A stretch of DNA of 64,000 nt from assembly GCA_963707505.1 (NCBI GenBank), contig CAVPQB010000003.1:256001-320000 (forward strand), given 5' to 3'. Made by a program: the position numbers and the translations under genes. The stretch comes from an uncultured Gemmatimonadales bacterium. Its GTDB lineage: Bacteria > Gemmatimonadota > Gemmatimonadetes > Gemmatimonadales > Gemmatimonadaceae. The notes beneath the pieces are model-generated. The model ran no database searches and was not told where the DNA came from. It saw only the letters and a list, made by a program, of their open reading frames with translations. This document shows, one piece after another, positions 50,853-59,853 of this stretch (its first letter is position 1; every line of letters begins with the position of its first letter).

Positions 50853-51441
50853 CTGCTACCTCCTGCAGGGCCGCGCGCAGAAACTCCCGCGCCCTGCTCA
50901 CGCGCATCTTCAATGCTGAGACGCCAGCGCCAGTGAGCACGGCGATCTCGTCATAGCTCAGGTCCTCGACATATTTCAGAAGAAATGCTTCGCGATGCGC
51001 CGCATTCAATCCCATCAAAGCCTGCTCGACCCGCTCTGTCGACGGGGTCGTCGTATCCAGACTGTCGGGCTCGGAATATTCCGGCCACTCGTCCACGTCC
51101 ATGCCTGTCGAAACGAACACCGCCTCGCGTCTAGCGCGGCGGGCGCCGGCAGTGCGGCAGCGGTTCGCGAGAATGCTGAAGATCCATCCTCCGAAGCGTG
51201 ACGGATCCTCGCACGTAGCGAGCGAGCGGTACGCACGCACGAACGTTTCCTGGGTCACGTCATCCGCCTCGTCGGCGTCACACAACATTCGCATCGCATA
51301 TCGCAGGAGTCTGTCCCGGTGCCGCGCCACCAACTCGGCATATGCCGCCACCTCACCACGCAGCACCCGCGCGACTGTCGCAGCGTGCCACGCACGATCA
51401 TGGGCGGTTTCAGCAGTTATCGGCATCGGCACGGAATTCAA
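50845..51441 (-). CDS. ECF RNA polymerase sigma factor
   Basis: Region 2 ADDVTQETFVRAY...F.GWIF.I..N; region 4 REAFLLKYVEDLSYDEIA...GVSALKMRVSRAR. Confidence 0.93.
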   Translation of the reverse strand: MNSVPMPITAETAHDRAWHAATVARVLRGEVAAYAELVARHRDRLLRYAMRMLCDADEADDVTQETFVRAYRSLATCEDPSRFGGWIFSILANRCRTAGARRARREAVFVSTGMDVDEWPEYSEPDSLDTTTPSTERVEQALMGLNAAHREAFLLKYVEDLSYDEIAVLTGAGVSALKMRVSRAREFLRAALQEVADG

Positions 51442-51445
51442 AGAT

Positions 51446-51474
51446 AAGACCCGGGCGGACGCCCCGGCGTCACA
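51446..51474 (-). promoter_or_regulatory. Putative ECF-type autoregulatory promoter
   Basis: TGTGAC-N17-GGTCTT immediately upstream of the ECF gene. Confidence 0.45.
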
Positions 51475-51509
51475 TCGCCCACACGGGCGTTCGAATCGTC
51501 ACACCCTCG

Positions 51510-53456
51510 CTAGCGGCCACCGCCGCGCAGCAGCTCGCGCACAAGGTCGAGCAGCGCGGCGGGTAGATGTTCCGGATTGCGTAGAATCGTGTGTCCCGCC
51601 GCACCGAACACTCGTGCGAGATACGGATCCGGATCGTTCGCGTCGATGGTCAGGCAGAACGGATAGATCCCGTCAGCGCGCGCCTCGAATATCGCCTGTC
51701 GCGAATCCTCGACCGCGTACGTGGTGAAGTATCGATCCACGTCGTTCGGCTTTCCATCCGACAGGATCAACAGCAGGCGATGACCAGCCGGTTGCGCGGC
51801 GAGCAGCGCCGTCGCGTGACGAATCGCGGCGCCGAGCCGGGTATTCCCGCCGGCCTCGATTCCGGCGATGCGCTGTCGAACCGTTTCGCTGTTCAATTCG
51901 CCGAACGCCTTCAATGTCGCGATGCGTACGTCGGGCGCGCCAACACCAGAAAAACTGAGAATCGAATAGGAATCGCCGAGCGCATCGAATGCCTCGCTCG
52001 CGATGAGCAGAGTCGTTTTCTCGATGTCGATAACACTGCGTCCGTCAGTAACGACGTCCCTTGTGGATGCGCTCACATCAAGGAGAACGGTGATCGCTAT
52101 CGCGCGTCGCGCAGCGCGAACCGACATGTACAACCGATCATCGGACGAACCACCGGCCGCCGCATCCGCGAGCGCGCGCACGCAGGCAGCAAGGTCGAGC
52201 TCATCGCCCTCCCGCTGCCGAAGCATGCGCTCTCGTCGCGCCCTGAGTCGCTCGAACTCGCGCCGCACTCGCCGCACCAGTGCCGGATGCTCGCCGAGCA
52301 CGCGATCGGCCCACGCGACATCCCCCTGCGCCGCGCGTTGCGTGTGTACTACGGCGCCGAGTTCGCGGTATGCTGCCGCGTTGCAATCCCACTCGGGGTA
52401 CAGGATCCCATCACCCGATCGCGACGCCTCGAATATCGCGGCGTCCGTAACATTCAGTGCGCCAGTACGTCTCGCGCTACCGCTGTCAGCATCGGGATCG
52501 GAATTGCCGCTCGCAGCCGCACCATCCGGAGCCATCGCATGATCGGGGTCATCCTGAGCTACAGAATTGTCCGGCAATTTGGCTGCATCGTCGCCGGTTG
52601 GTGTGAGCTCCTGAACCGTATCGTCAGCACCGGCCGCAGGGGCAGCGCTTTCTCCCGAACCGTAGCCTGGACTCGGTGGAACGAGCGACCCATACTGCGG
52701 GCCCCGGGTCGCCCCTGTCTCGGTGGCGTCGAGCGTCTGTCCCCATACTGCTATCGGTTCGAGCGGGCGATACTGACCGGTGAGCGACTCGACTGCACGC
52801 GTACGAGCGCGTGCCCACGCGAGTGAATCTTCGGGAGATGCGCCGGCGCGGACCTCTTCGGGAATTTCGGCCGGATCCGACTTCAGTACTGCCTGAACGA
52901 GCTGTTCGACTGCCTGCTCACGCGCACTCAGTCGGGAAAGATTGGGGCGCGCAGCAACGGCGCGCGCGCGTTCTTCCGCGATCAGCGATGCAACACCGGG
53001 CGCGCTGGTCGCAATCGATGCATCGATCTCTGCACCTTCACGCAGATTGTAGAGGTCTCGCGTGATCGCATTGTTGGCCGTCGGTGCGAGCGCGGCGCTT
53101 CGGCGCATGATGCGCACCGCCTGTTCGATCGCCAGCAACCGGTAACGCGCGACCGCGGCATCTGCGCCATCGGACGCGTCCATCGTGGCAGGTAACTTGA
53201 TCGACACTCCATCGTGTCGCGCCATCGGGCGTCGCCTTCCGACGTGAAACGTGTTTCGCGGAGTGTCATCCGCTACCGGCGCGATCTCGAATCGCACGCC
53301 ATAAGTTGCCGCGAGCAACAGCTCCAGCCGCCGCCGCACCGTGTCGAGCGCGATCTCGGGGTTCGTGCGCATCGCGCGCACCCAGCTTGCGGCACTCGCA
53401 ACGGGTCGTCCCAGCTTGCGAGACGACTTGATCATCAATGCGCGCATCCGATTCAC
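51510..53456 (-). CDS. norD: NorD/CbbO-like VWA-domain protein
   Basis: YPEWD, G.ELDL.A, MIDAS DVSAS, NTRLGAAIRHA, SDGKPND, PFCLTID. Confidence 0.85.
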   Translation of the reverse strand: MNRMRALMIKSSRKLGRPVASAASWVRAMRTNPEIALDTVRRRLELLLAATYGVRFEIAPVADDTPRNTFHVGRRRPMARHDGVSIKLPATMDASDGADAAVARYRLLAIEQAVRIMRRSAALAPTANNAITRDLYNLREGAEIDASIATSAPGVASLIAEERARAVAARPNLSRLSAREQAVEQLVQAVLKSDPAEIPEEVRAGASPEDSLAWARARTRAVESLTGQYRPLEPIAVWGQTLDATETGATRGPQYGSLVPPSPGYGSGESAAPAAGADDTVQELTPTGDDAAKLPDNSVAQDDPDHAMAPDGAAASGNSDPDADSGSARRTGALNVTDAAIFEASRSGDGILYPEWDCNAAAYRELGAVVHTQRAAQGDVAWADRVLGEHPALVRRVRREFERLRARRERMLRQREGDELDLAACVRALADAAAGGSSDDRLYMSVRAARRAIAITVLLDVSASTRDVVTDGRSVIDIEKTTLLIASEAFDALGDSYSILSFSGVGAPDVRIATLKAFGELNSETVRQRIAGIEAGGNTRLGAAIRHATALLAAQPAGHRLLLILSDGKPNDVDRYFTTYAVEDSRQAIFEARADGIYPFCLTIDANDPDPYLARVFGAAGHTILRNPEHLPAALLDLVRELLRGGGR

Positions 53457-53464
53457 AGTCGCAC

Positions 53465-54286
53465 CTACATCGTCGTGTCGATGATGTCGCCGATCGCGGA
53501 GAGCAGATCAGAGTCGTCCGTCAGCGCGGCGCCGATCGCAACCTGGCACGCACGTCCGCTCGGAATTCCCTCCGCAATCAATCGTCCCGCCGAAACGAGC
53601 AATCTCGTGCCAGGACCTTCCGCGAGTCCCTGATCGCGCAACCGGCGGACGCGATGCGCGACTTCGACCAGCGACGCTGCAACGGACGACTTCACGCCGC
53701 TCTCGTGCGCGATGATTCTTGCCTCGACCGCCGCTGCCGGATAACCGAAATCCAGCGAAACGAAGCGTTGCCGAGTGCTCGGCTTCAGGTCCTTGATCGC
53801 GTGCTGATAGCCCGGATTGTAGGACGCGACTAGTTGGAATCCGGGCGCCGCAACGATCATCTCGCCGGTCTTGTCGATCGGCAGAAGTTTACGATCGTCC
53901 GTGAGCGGATGAATCACGACGACCGTATCCTCGCGCGCCTCGACTACCTCATCGAGATAGCAGATCGCGCCGATTCTGGCGGCGACGGCGAGCGGTCCGT
54001 CCACCCACACCGTTTCTCCGCCGCGGATGAGGTACCGTCCGGTGAGATCGCTCGCCGAAAGGTCGTCGTGGCAGGCGACGGTTACGAGGGGGCGGTCCAA
54101 TCGCCACGCCATGTGCTCGACGAAGCGCGTCTTTCCGCACCCGGTTGGACCCTTGAGCAGCACGGGAAGACCGCGCCGGTGACACCGCTCGAATATCTCG
54201 ACCTCGTGGCCGACAGCCACGTAGTACGGTTCCGTACTCGGCGCGGCACTGGAGGGCGCGGCGACCGATGATTCAGAGATCGTCAT
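53465..54286 (-). CDS. norQ: CbbQ/NirQ/NorQ AAA+ ATPase
   Basis: LKGPTGCGKTRF, ACHDDL.ASDL.GRYL, YLDEVVEAR, SYNPGYQ, DLKPSTRQRF. Confidence 0.92.
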   Translation of the reverse strand: MTISESSVAAPSSAAPSTEPYYVAVGHEVEIFERCHRRGLPVLLKGPTGCGKTRFVEHMAWRLDRPLVTVACHDDLSASDLTGRYLIRGGETVWVDGPLAVAARIGAICYLDEVVEAREDTVVVIHPLTDDRKLLPIDKTGEMIVAAPGFQLVASYNPGYQHAIKDLKPSTRQRFVSLDFGYPAAAVEARIIAHESGVKSSVAASLVEVAHRVRRLRDQGLAEGPGTRLLVSAGRLIAEGIPSGRACQVAIGAALTDDSDLLSAIGDIIDTTM

Positions 54287-54373
54287 GGTGCCCTCAAGCT
54301 ATTGGGGCGCCGTGGGTTACGGAACACGCGGCGTGTAATGGGAATGTTTGTTGCGCGTGTTACATTGCGGATC

Positions 54374-56236
54374 ATGTCCGAGCGAGCGCGCCGCCCTGCC
54401 GTAATCTTCGCGGAACGAGCCCATCTCGCAGTCGAGCGCACGTGGGCCGCGATCACGGCGTGGTTCAATGGCAAGGCGTTGAGCGAGAACGCAGTTCTGC
54501 TCATCTTCGCCGTCGTCACGGGGCTTCTGAGCGCACTCGGCGTCGTCGCGTTCTACAAGAGCATCGATCTCGCGTACTGGGTTTTCTACCGTCTCCCGAC
54601 GGCGGAATTCCCGCGCTTTGCGCTGCTCACGTATCGGCCCGTGATAACCGCGGCCGGTCTCGCCGTCGCGTGGTGGGTGATGCGCCACATCGGCCGCGGA
54701 CATGAAGGAATGAACGTCCCCGACGTGCAGCTTGCGGTCGTCCGGCGCGGCGGGCGACATCGAGCCCAGACCGGCGCTCGCGCGCACCGCCGCGAGCGCA
54801 ATCACTATCGGTTGCGGCGGCTCCGCCGGAAACGAGGGGCCGGTCGTCGTGCTCGGTGCGATGATCGGATCGTGGCTTGGACGCACCTTTCGCTTCGCCC
54901 CGTCGCGAGTCGTGGTGCTGGTCGGATGCGCGACGGGAGCCGCCATCAGCGCGGCATTCAATGCGCCACTTGCAGGCGCGTTCTTCGCGCTCGAAGAAGT
55001 CGTCGGCACGCTCGCCGCTGGATCGTTCGCTCCGGTAGTCGTCTCGAGCGTCGTCGCAGCCGTGGTATCGCGCTCCGTATTCGGAAACCACCCCGCGTTC
55101 GCGATTCCGCGGCAGTACGGATACGCGCATGCGAGCGAGCTGCTGCTGCTCTATCCGCTGCTCGGAGTCGTATGCGGACTGATCGCCGCGTTGTACGTAC
55201 GCACGTACTTTGGCGTCGGCGACCTTCAGAAGAAGATTCCACTTCCGCCCTCGCTCATCCCATGGGTCGGCGGTGCTCCGTTGGCATTCTCGTCTTCCTG
55301 TCCGGTGGCAGAATCGTTGGCTACGGACACCTCGCGATGCACGCCGACGTGTTCGGCCAGCTGGCATGGTATGCTCTGCTCGCGCTCGCGGTGGGGAAGA
55401 TCGTGGCCACGGCGATCACGCTCAACATGGGCGGATCGGGCGGAGTGTTCACGCCGTCGCTGTACATCGGTGCCGCGACCGGCGGCGCGTTCGGCGTGGC
55501 GCTGTCCGGAGCGTTTCCGGCCCTGGGGCTGCACCCCGAAGCGTACGCACTCGTCGGGATGGGCGCGCTCATCGCCGGCGCGACCGACGCTCCGATCACC
55601 GGAATACTGCTCGTATTCGAGATGACGAACGACTACGCGATAGTGATTCCGTTGATGTTGACCGTCGTCATCACGCACACCATCGCGCGCAGGCTCAGTG
55701 CCGACTCACTCTACAGCGGCTGGCTGCGCCGCCGCGGAGAGTCCATCGAGCAGGGCGCCGATCGAGACGTGCTCGCCGGCCTGCACGTGTCCGATGCGTA
55801 CGAATCGGCACCGCAGGTAATCTTCGAGGGCGCCGCTGTCGACGAGCTGCTCGCGCATCTGGGCAATACTCGCCAGCTGTACTTTCCGGTCGTTGACGAA
55901 TCGTACGGGCTCGTGGGCGTCATAACGGTCGCGGACCTGGGCCAGCTCGCGCGCGACGACGAGCATCTCGGCCCGCTGCTGGTAGCGAGCGACATCGCAC
56001 AGCCGTCAGAGACTGTTTCGCCGGGCGATTCGCTGCTCGAAGCCATTCGGAAGATGGGCATCCGCGGAGCAGAATCGATTCCGGTGGTGGACCGGCACAC
56101 GAGTCGCCTGCTCGGCATCATCAACCGAAGTCACGTGCTCAACCTCTACGAGCGCACCGTGTCATCCCTGCGCCGGCACGCGCATCAGCCCGCCAGCAGC
56201 GCCAACGCTTCGTCCGGCGGAATGTCGCCGAAGTAG
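54374..56236 (+). CDS. ClC chloride channel/transporter with CBS pair (two compensating frameshifts)
   Basis: GGSAGNEGP, AAFNAPLAG.FF.LEE (second frame), GSGGVFTP, APITG....EMT.DY, SLY, CBS domains. Confidence 0.9.
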   Translation: MSERARRPAVIFAERAHLAVERTWAAITAWFNGKALSENAVLLIFAVVTGLLSALGVVAFYKSIDLAYWVFYRLPTAEFPRFALLTYRPVITAAGLAVAWWVMRHIGRGHEGMNVPDVQLAVVRRGGRHRAQTGARAHRRERNHYRLRRLRRKRGAGRRARCDDRIVAWTHLSLRPVASRGAGRMRDGSRHQRGIQCATCRRVLRARRSRRHARRWIVRSGSRLERRRSRGIALRIRKPPRVRDSAAVRIRACERAAAALSAARSRMRTDRRVVRTHVLWRRRPSEEDSTSALAHPMGRRCSVGILVFLSGGRIVGYGHLAMHADVFGQLAWYALLALAVGKIVATAITLNMGGSGGVFTPSLYIGAATGGAFGVALSGAFPALGLHPEAYALVGMGALIAGATDAPITGILLVFEMTNDYAIVIPLMLTVVITHTIARRLSADSLYSGWLRRRGESIEQGADRDVLAGLHVSDAYESAPQVIFEGAAVDELLAHLGNTRQLYFPVVDESYGLVGVITVADLGQLARDDEHLGPLLVASDIAQPSETVSPGDSLLEAIRKMGIRGAESIPVVDRHTSRLLGIINRSHVLNLYERTVSSLRRHAHQPASSANASSGGMSPK

Positions 56237-57183
56237 TTGTCCAGATCCACACCAGATAGCGCGCCGGCGATCGACGCGTAGTCGTACGGAACACCGAGCA
56301 TCAACGCCTCCAGCTCGGTTACATCCTCCCGGCCCATGAAATCGCCGAAGATACGCGCCGCGGCGACACGTCCACCCTCGACGTTCACGCGTACATCGAT
56401 CTCTCCCGCCGTGAACCGGTGCGCACGCTGGACATTGCAGGGCGGGTTCTCCCCATAGTTCCAGTCCCACGATCCGTACTTCCGCTTTACGAGCGCATCC
56501 ACTTCAGCCCAGTCGGAATCGTCCAGCTCGAGCGTCGGGATCCTGCTTCGGTCACGCGTTCCGAAGATCCGCTCGATGATCAGCTCGCGCAGCTCCGTGA
56601 CGGTGATGGGCTCTTTGAGAAACTCACTTATGTTCACGACGCGGCTCCGGATCGACTTCACTCCTTTGGACTCGACCTTGCCAGGCTTCGGCACCAGTGC
56701 GGCGGTGACATCGTCGAGGTTCGAGTCGAACAGCAGCGTACCGTGACTGAACATCCGGTCCGGGCGCGCGAACTGCGCGTTTCCGGAAATCTTTCGGCCA
56801 CCGGCGAGAATGTCGTTTCGCCCGCCCAGCTCCGCTGGAACACCAAGATCGTGCAGCACGTCGATGACCGGACGAGTGAAAAGCTCGTATCGATTGAAGC
56901 GGCCGTGCACCGACGGTGTCATGAAGCTGAAGTTCAGGTTGCCGAGGTCGTGGTACACCGCCCCACCGCCTGAAATACGGCGCACGACTGTAATACCGCG
57001 CGCCGCGACGACCGACGGATTTACCTCCTCGATCGTATTCTGGTTCCGTCCGATGATGATGGACGGTGCGTTGATGTAGAACAGCAGGTAATCGTCGCTG
57101 CCCATCCGGTTGCGGAGCACGTGCTCCTCCAGTGCCAGATTGACACGAGCGTCGGTGATGTCACGATTATCGATGAACAGCAT
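56185..57183 (-). CDS. lplA: Lipoate-protein ligase A
   Basis: NLALEE, IIGRNQN, RRISGGGAVYHD.GN, GRND, KISGNAQ, HGTLL, KGVKSIRSRV, WNYG and the C-terminal domain. Confidence 0.93.
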   Translation of the reverse strand: MLFIDNRDITDARVNLALEEHVLRNRMGSDDYLLFYINAPSIIIGRNQNTIEEVNPSVVAARGITVVRRISGGGAVYHDLGNLNFSFMTPSVHGRFNRYELFTRPVIDVLHDLGVPAELGGRNDILAGGRKISGNAQFARPDRMFSHGTLLFDSNLDDVTAALVPKPGKVESKGVKSIRSRVVNISEFLKEPITVTELRELIIERIFGTRDRSRIPTLELDDSDWAEVDALVKRKYGSWDWNYGENPPCNVQRAHRFTAGEIDVRVNVEGGRVAAARIFGDFMGREDVTELEALMLGVPYDYASIAGALSGVDLDNYFGDIPPDEALALLAG

Positions 57184-58561
57184 CAAGTTGGTCGAAGAGG
57201 TCGAGCTTCATCAGCGTAGTTGATTCGGAGCACGCACCCTGAAACTCCGAAGTCGCAGCGAGCGCCGCCGGAATGCCCGAGCGTGCACTTTCCACGAAGC
57301 CCCAGCGTGCAAAATATTGCTCCGCGGAAGGCGTAAGAAGATAGATGCTACGAATCTTCATGCTCCGCGCATCTTCGATCGCCAGTGCGACGAGCCGCCG
57401 TGCCACGCCGTTCTTCCGATGCGCAGGGTGTACTCCCACCGAGCGAAGCAGCACAGCGTTCGAGTCAGCGAGCTCGAGCCCCGTCACGCCAATCACGGCG
57501 CCATCGTGCGTCGCAACGATGAAATTGCGCAGGTCTTCCGGAACACCGGCGATCGGCAGCCCGAGATTCGTGAGAAGACTCTCTACCGCAGGTCTGTCGC
57601 CCGCCTCTGCAGAGCGGTACACGATGCTTCTGGTCGACTTCGGTGTCATTGCAACTGGTGCCTCTTCATTTGTCCCGCAGCAGTCAGGGCCGCAGCACGC
57701 CCTGGTCTCCGCATCTGGCAGCGGCTTGGTCGCGCGTACGAATCCACTGAAGAATTTACCATCTATCTCGCGCGCAAACGACTCCGCATCCAGTCCGCTT
57801 CCCGCCAGAAACGCCATCGCATCGTCCGAGCTGTAAAATCGCGTCGGCTCGATGCTTGGCTCATCGAAACCAGAGTCGCGCAGCAGCGTCAGAAATTCCT
57901 GCTCATCGAGCGCACCGGCGACGCAACCGATCCAGAGCTCCATGTTCCGTCGCACAGCAGGTGGAACCTCGCCGCGGACCACGACGTCCGAGACGGCAAG
58001 TCGTCCGCCGGGCTTGAGCACACGATAGGCCTCGGCGAGCACACGCTTCTTGTCCGCAGAGAGGTTGATCACGCAGTTGGAGATGATGACGTCGACACTG
58101 TTGTCCGGGAGCGGGATCTGCTCGATCTCGCCTCGCAGAAACTCGACGTTGTCCGCGCCGGCCTTGCGCTTGTTCTCGTTCGCCAGCGCCAGCATCTCGT
58201 CGGTCATGTCGAGCCCGTAAGCCTTGCCGGTTGGTCCGACGCGCTTCGCCGAGAGCAGAACATCGATTCCACCGCCAGAGCCGAGGTCGAGCACTGTCTC
58301 GCCAGCGTTCAGCTGCGCCAGCGCTGTCGGATTTCCGCATCCAAGTGACGCGAGAAGCGCTTCCGTCGGAATCCCCGCGGTCTGTCCTTCGTCGTAGAGG
58401 TCGGACGTTATCGGATCCCATGCCTCGGTCGTCGATCCGCAGCACGCGCTCGAGCCGCAGCACGATCCCGACGTGTTGCCGGCCGCCACTCGCGACGCGG
58501 CGGCGCCGTACTTCTCCCGGACGCTCGCCCTGAGCAGCTCGCGATCAGTCACCGTTTCCAT
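57167..58561 (-). CDS. arsM: Arsenite S-adenosylmethionine methyltransferase fused to an ArsN2-like GNAT domain
   Basis: SCCG..ACCG, SLGCGNP, LDLGSGGG, SNCVINL, WIGCVAGA, CCGPDCC, then LLRSVGV..R..G, YLLT..AE.YF..GF, SEF...C. Confidence 0.9.
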   Translation of the reverse strand: METVTDRELLRASVREKYGAAASRVAAGNTSGSCCGSSACCGSTTEAWDPITSDLYDEGQTAGIPTEALLASLGCGNPTALAQLNAGETVLDLGSGGGIDVLLSAKRVGPTGKAYGLDMTDEMLALANENKRKAGADNVEFLRGEIEQIPLPDNSVDVIISNCVINLSADKKRVLAEAYRVLKPGGRLAVSDVVVRGEVPPAVRRNMELWIGCVAGALDEQEFLTLLRDSGFDEPSIEPTRFYSSDDAMAFLAGSGLDAESFAREIDGKFFSGFVRATKPLPDAETRACCGPDCCGTNEEAPVAMTPKSTRSIVYRSAEAGDRPAVESLLTNLGLPIAGVPEDLRNFIVATHDGAVIGVTGLELADSNAVLLRSVGVHPAHRKNGVARRLVALAIEDARSMKIRSIYLLTPSAEQYFARWGFVESARSGIPAALAATSEFQGACSESTTLMKLDLFDQLDAVHR

Positions 58562-58575
58562 GTGTACATCCTCAT

Positions 58576-58591
58576 ATCAAAAAATGTTGAT
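58576..58591. promoter_or_regulatory. ArsR operator 2 (between arsR and arsM)
   Basis: ATCAA-AAAATG-TTGAT. Confidence 0.75.
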
Positions 58592-58608
58592 GGATTGGTC
58601 AAAAAAAA

Positions 58609-58959
58609 TCAGTCACAGCACTCATTTTGTCGGCCACTGGCCGCGACCCGAACGGAGGGGCGCCGCCCGCGTGGGCGAAGCTCGCGGACCATCTCTTCAG
58701 CCTCCTCGAATGCTTCACGGTTCAGCTCGTAGTACGACCAGCGTCCATCACGCCGGTCGTTCACGATGCCGGCATCCTTGAGCACCTTGAGATGGAACGA
58801 CAGCCGCGACTGCGCCGCGTCGAGAGTGTCCTGCAACTCGCAAACGCAGCGCTCACCGCCCACCAGCAGCTCGACTATGCCGATGCGCGTCTCGTCCGAA
58901 AGCGCGTGGAATATTTGCGCTGCGCGAGCGCTGAAGTGCTGAGGGGCCTGAGCTGGCAT
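58609..58959 (-). CDS. arsR: ArsR/SmtB family arsenic-responsive repressor
   Basis: FHALSDETR, ERCVCEL, QSRLSFHLKVLKDAG, GRW.YY, C-terminal CC. Confidence 0.93.
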   Translation of the reverse strand: MPAQAPQHFSARAAQIFHALSDETRIGIVELLVGGERCVCELQDTLDAAQSRLSFHLKVLKDAGIVNDRRDGRWSYYELNREAFEEAEEMVRELRPRGRRPSVRVAASGRQNECCD

Positions 58960-58965
58960 GACATT

Positions 58966-58993
58966 AACGTATCAACATTTATTGATATGTCAA
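58966..58993 (-). promoter_or_regulatory. arsR promoter with ArsR operator 1 in the spacer
   Basis: TTGACA-N16-TACGTT; operator ATCAA-CATTTA-TTGAT at 58971-58986. Confidence 0.78.
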
Positions 58994-59024
58994 GAACCGG
59001 TATTTCGAACGGGCGCGGACCGGG

Positions 59025-59735
59025 TCAGCCGCGCGGCGGGGGGATTGGTGGCGCCAGATAGTCCGTGAACCAGCGGCGTGCGAGGTTAGCGACGGCATCG
59101 AGGGCGCCGCGCTCCTCGAACAGGTGAGTCGCGCCGGGGACGATCTCCAGCCGTACCGCGCCACGCATCTGTGTCATCGCCGCGCGGTTGAGACCGATTA
59201 CCTCTTCGTCGTTCCTGCCGACGATCAGCAGCGTCGGAGCGCGGACGGCGGCGAGCGCATCACCGGCCAGGTCTGGACGGCCGCCGCGCGACACGACCGC
59301 GTGTACCTTGTCAGGCCGGCGCGCGGCGGCAATCAACGCAGCGCCAGCGCCGGTGCTCGCTCCGAAGAGTCCCACTGGTAGCGCTCTCGTCAGCTCCTGA
59401 TGCGCGAGCCAGCCAATGGCATCCACCAGCCGGTGCGCCAACAGCTGAAGATCGAAGCGAAGCTCACGCGCGCGCAGATCCACGGATTCCTCGTCCGGTG
59501 TCAGCAGATCGAGCAGCAACGTTGCGAAGCCGGATTCGCGCAACCTGTCAGCAACGAATCTGTTGCGAGGACTGAAGCGGCTGGAACCGGCGCCATGGGC
59601 GAAAAGGATGACACCACTCGGGAAAGTTCCGGTTGGCGTTGGGATCGCCAGGGTTCCGCCGAGCGTGGCGCCGCCTGCGGCTACATGAACCGCAAGCTCG
59701 TCGGGTGGCTCATCCGTGCGCGGATCCACACGCAC
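59025..59735 (-). CDS. Dienelactone hydrolase-like alpha/beta hydrolase
   Basis: FAHG.GSSR.SPRN, GLFGASTG, SRGGRPDL, PGATHLFEE. The true start may be ATG 59781 (GGAGG RBS) if one base is spurious. Confidence 0.88.
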   Translation of the reverse strand: MRVDPRTDEPPDELAVHVAAGGATLGGTLAIPTPTGTFPSGVILFAHGAGSSRFSPRNRFVADRLRESGFATLLLDLLTPDEESVDLRARELRFDLQLLAHRLVDAIGWLAHQELTRALPVGLFGASTGAGAALIAAARRPDKVHAVVSRGGRPDLAGDALAAVRAPTLLIVGRNDEEVIGLNRAAMTQMRGAVRLEIVPGATHLFEERGALDAVANLARRWFTDYLAPPIPPPRG

Positions 59736-59853
59736 GCGTGTCGCCCCTTACGCCTTCGCTGGCCGCTGCCCTGCGTGCCATCAGGCCTCCGGTGGAATCG
59801 AGACTTGGCGCCGGCATCAATATCGGGCGAGTCGGCGCCATCGCTGAATCAGC

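Noticed and set aside
54287..54311. Hairpin over the norQ ribosome-binding site
   Set aside because: Imperfect on the coding strand and expected by chance at this GC content.
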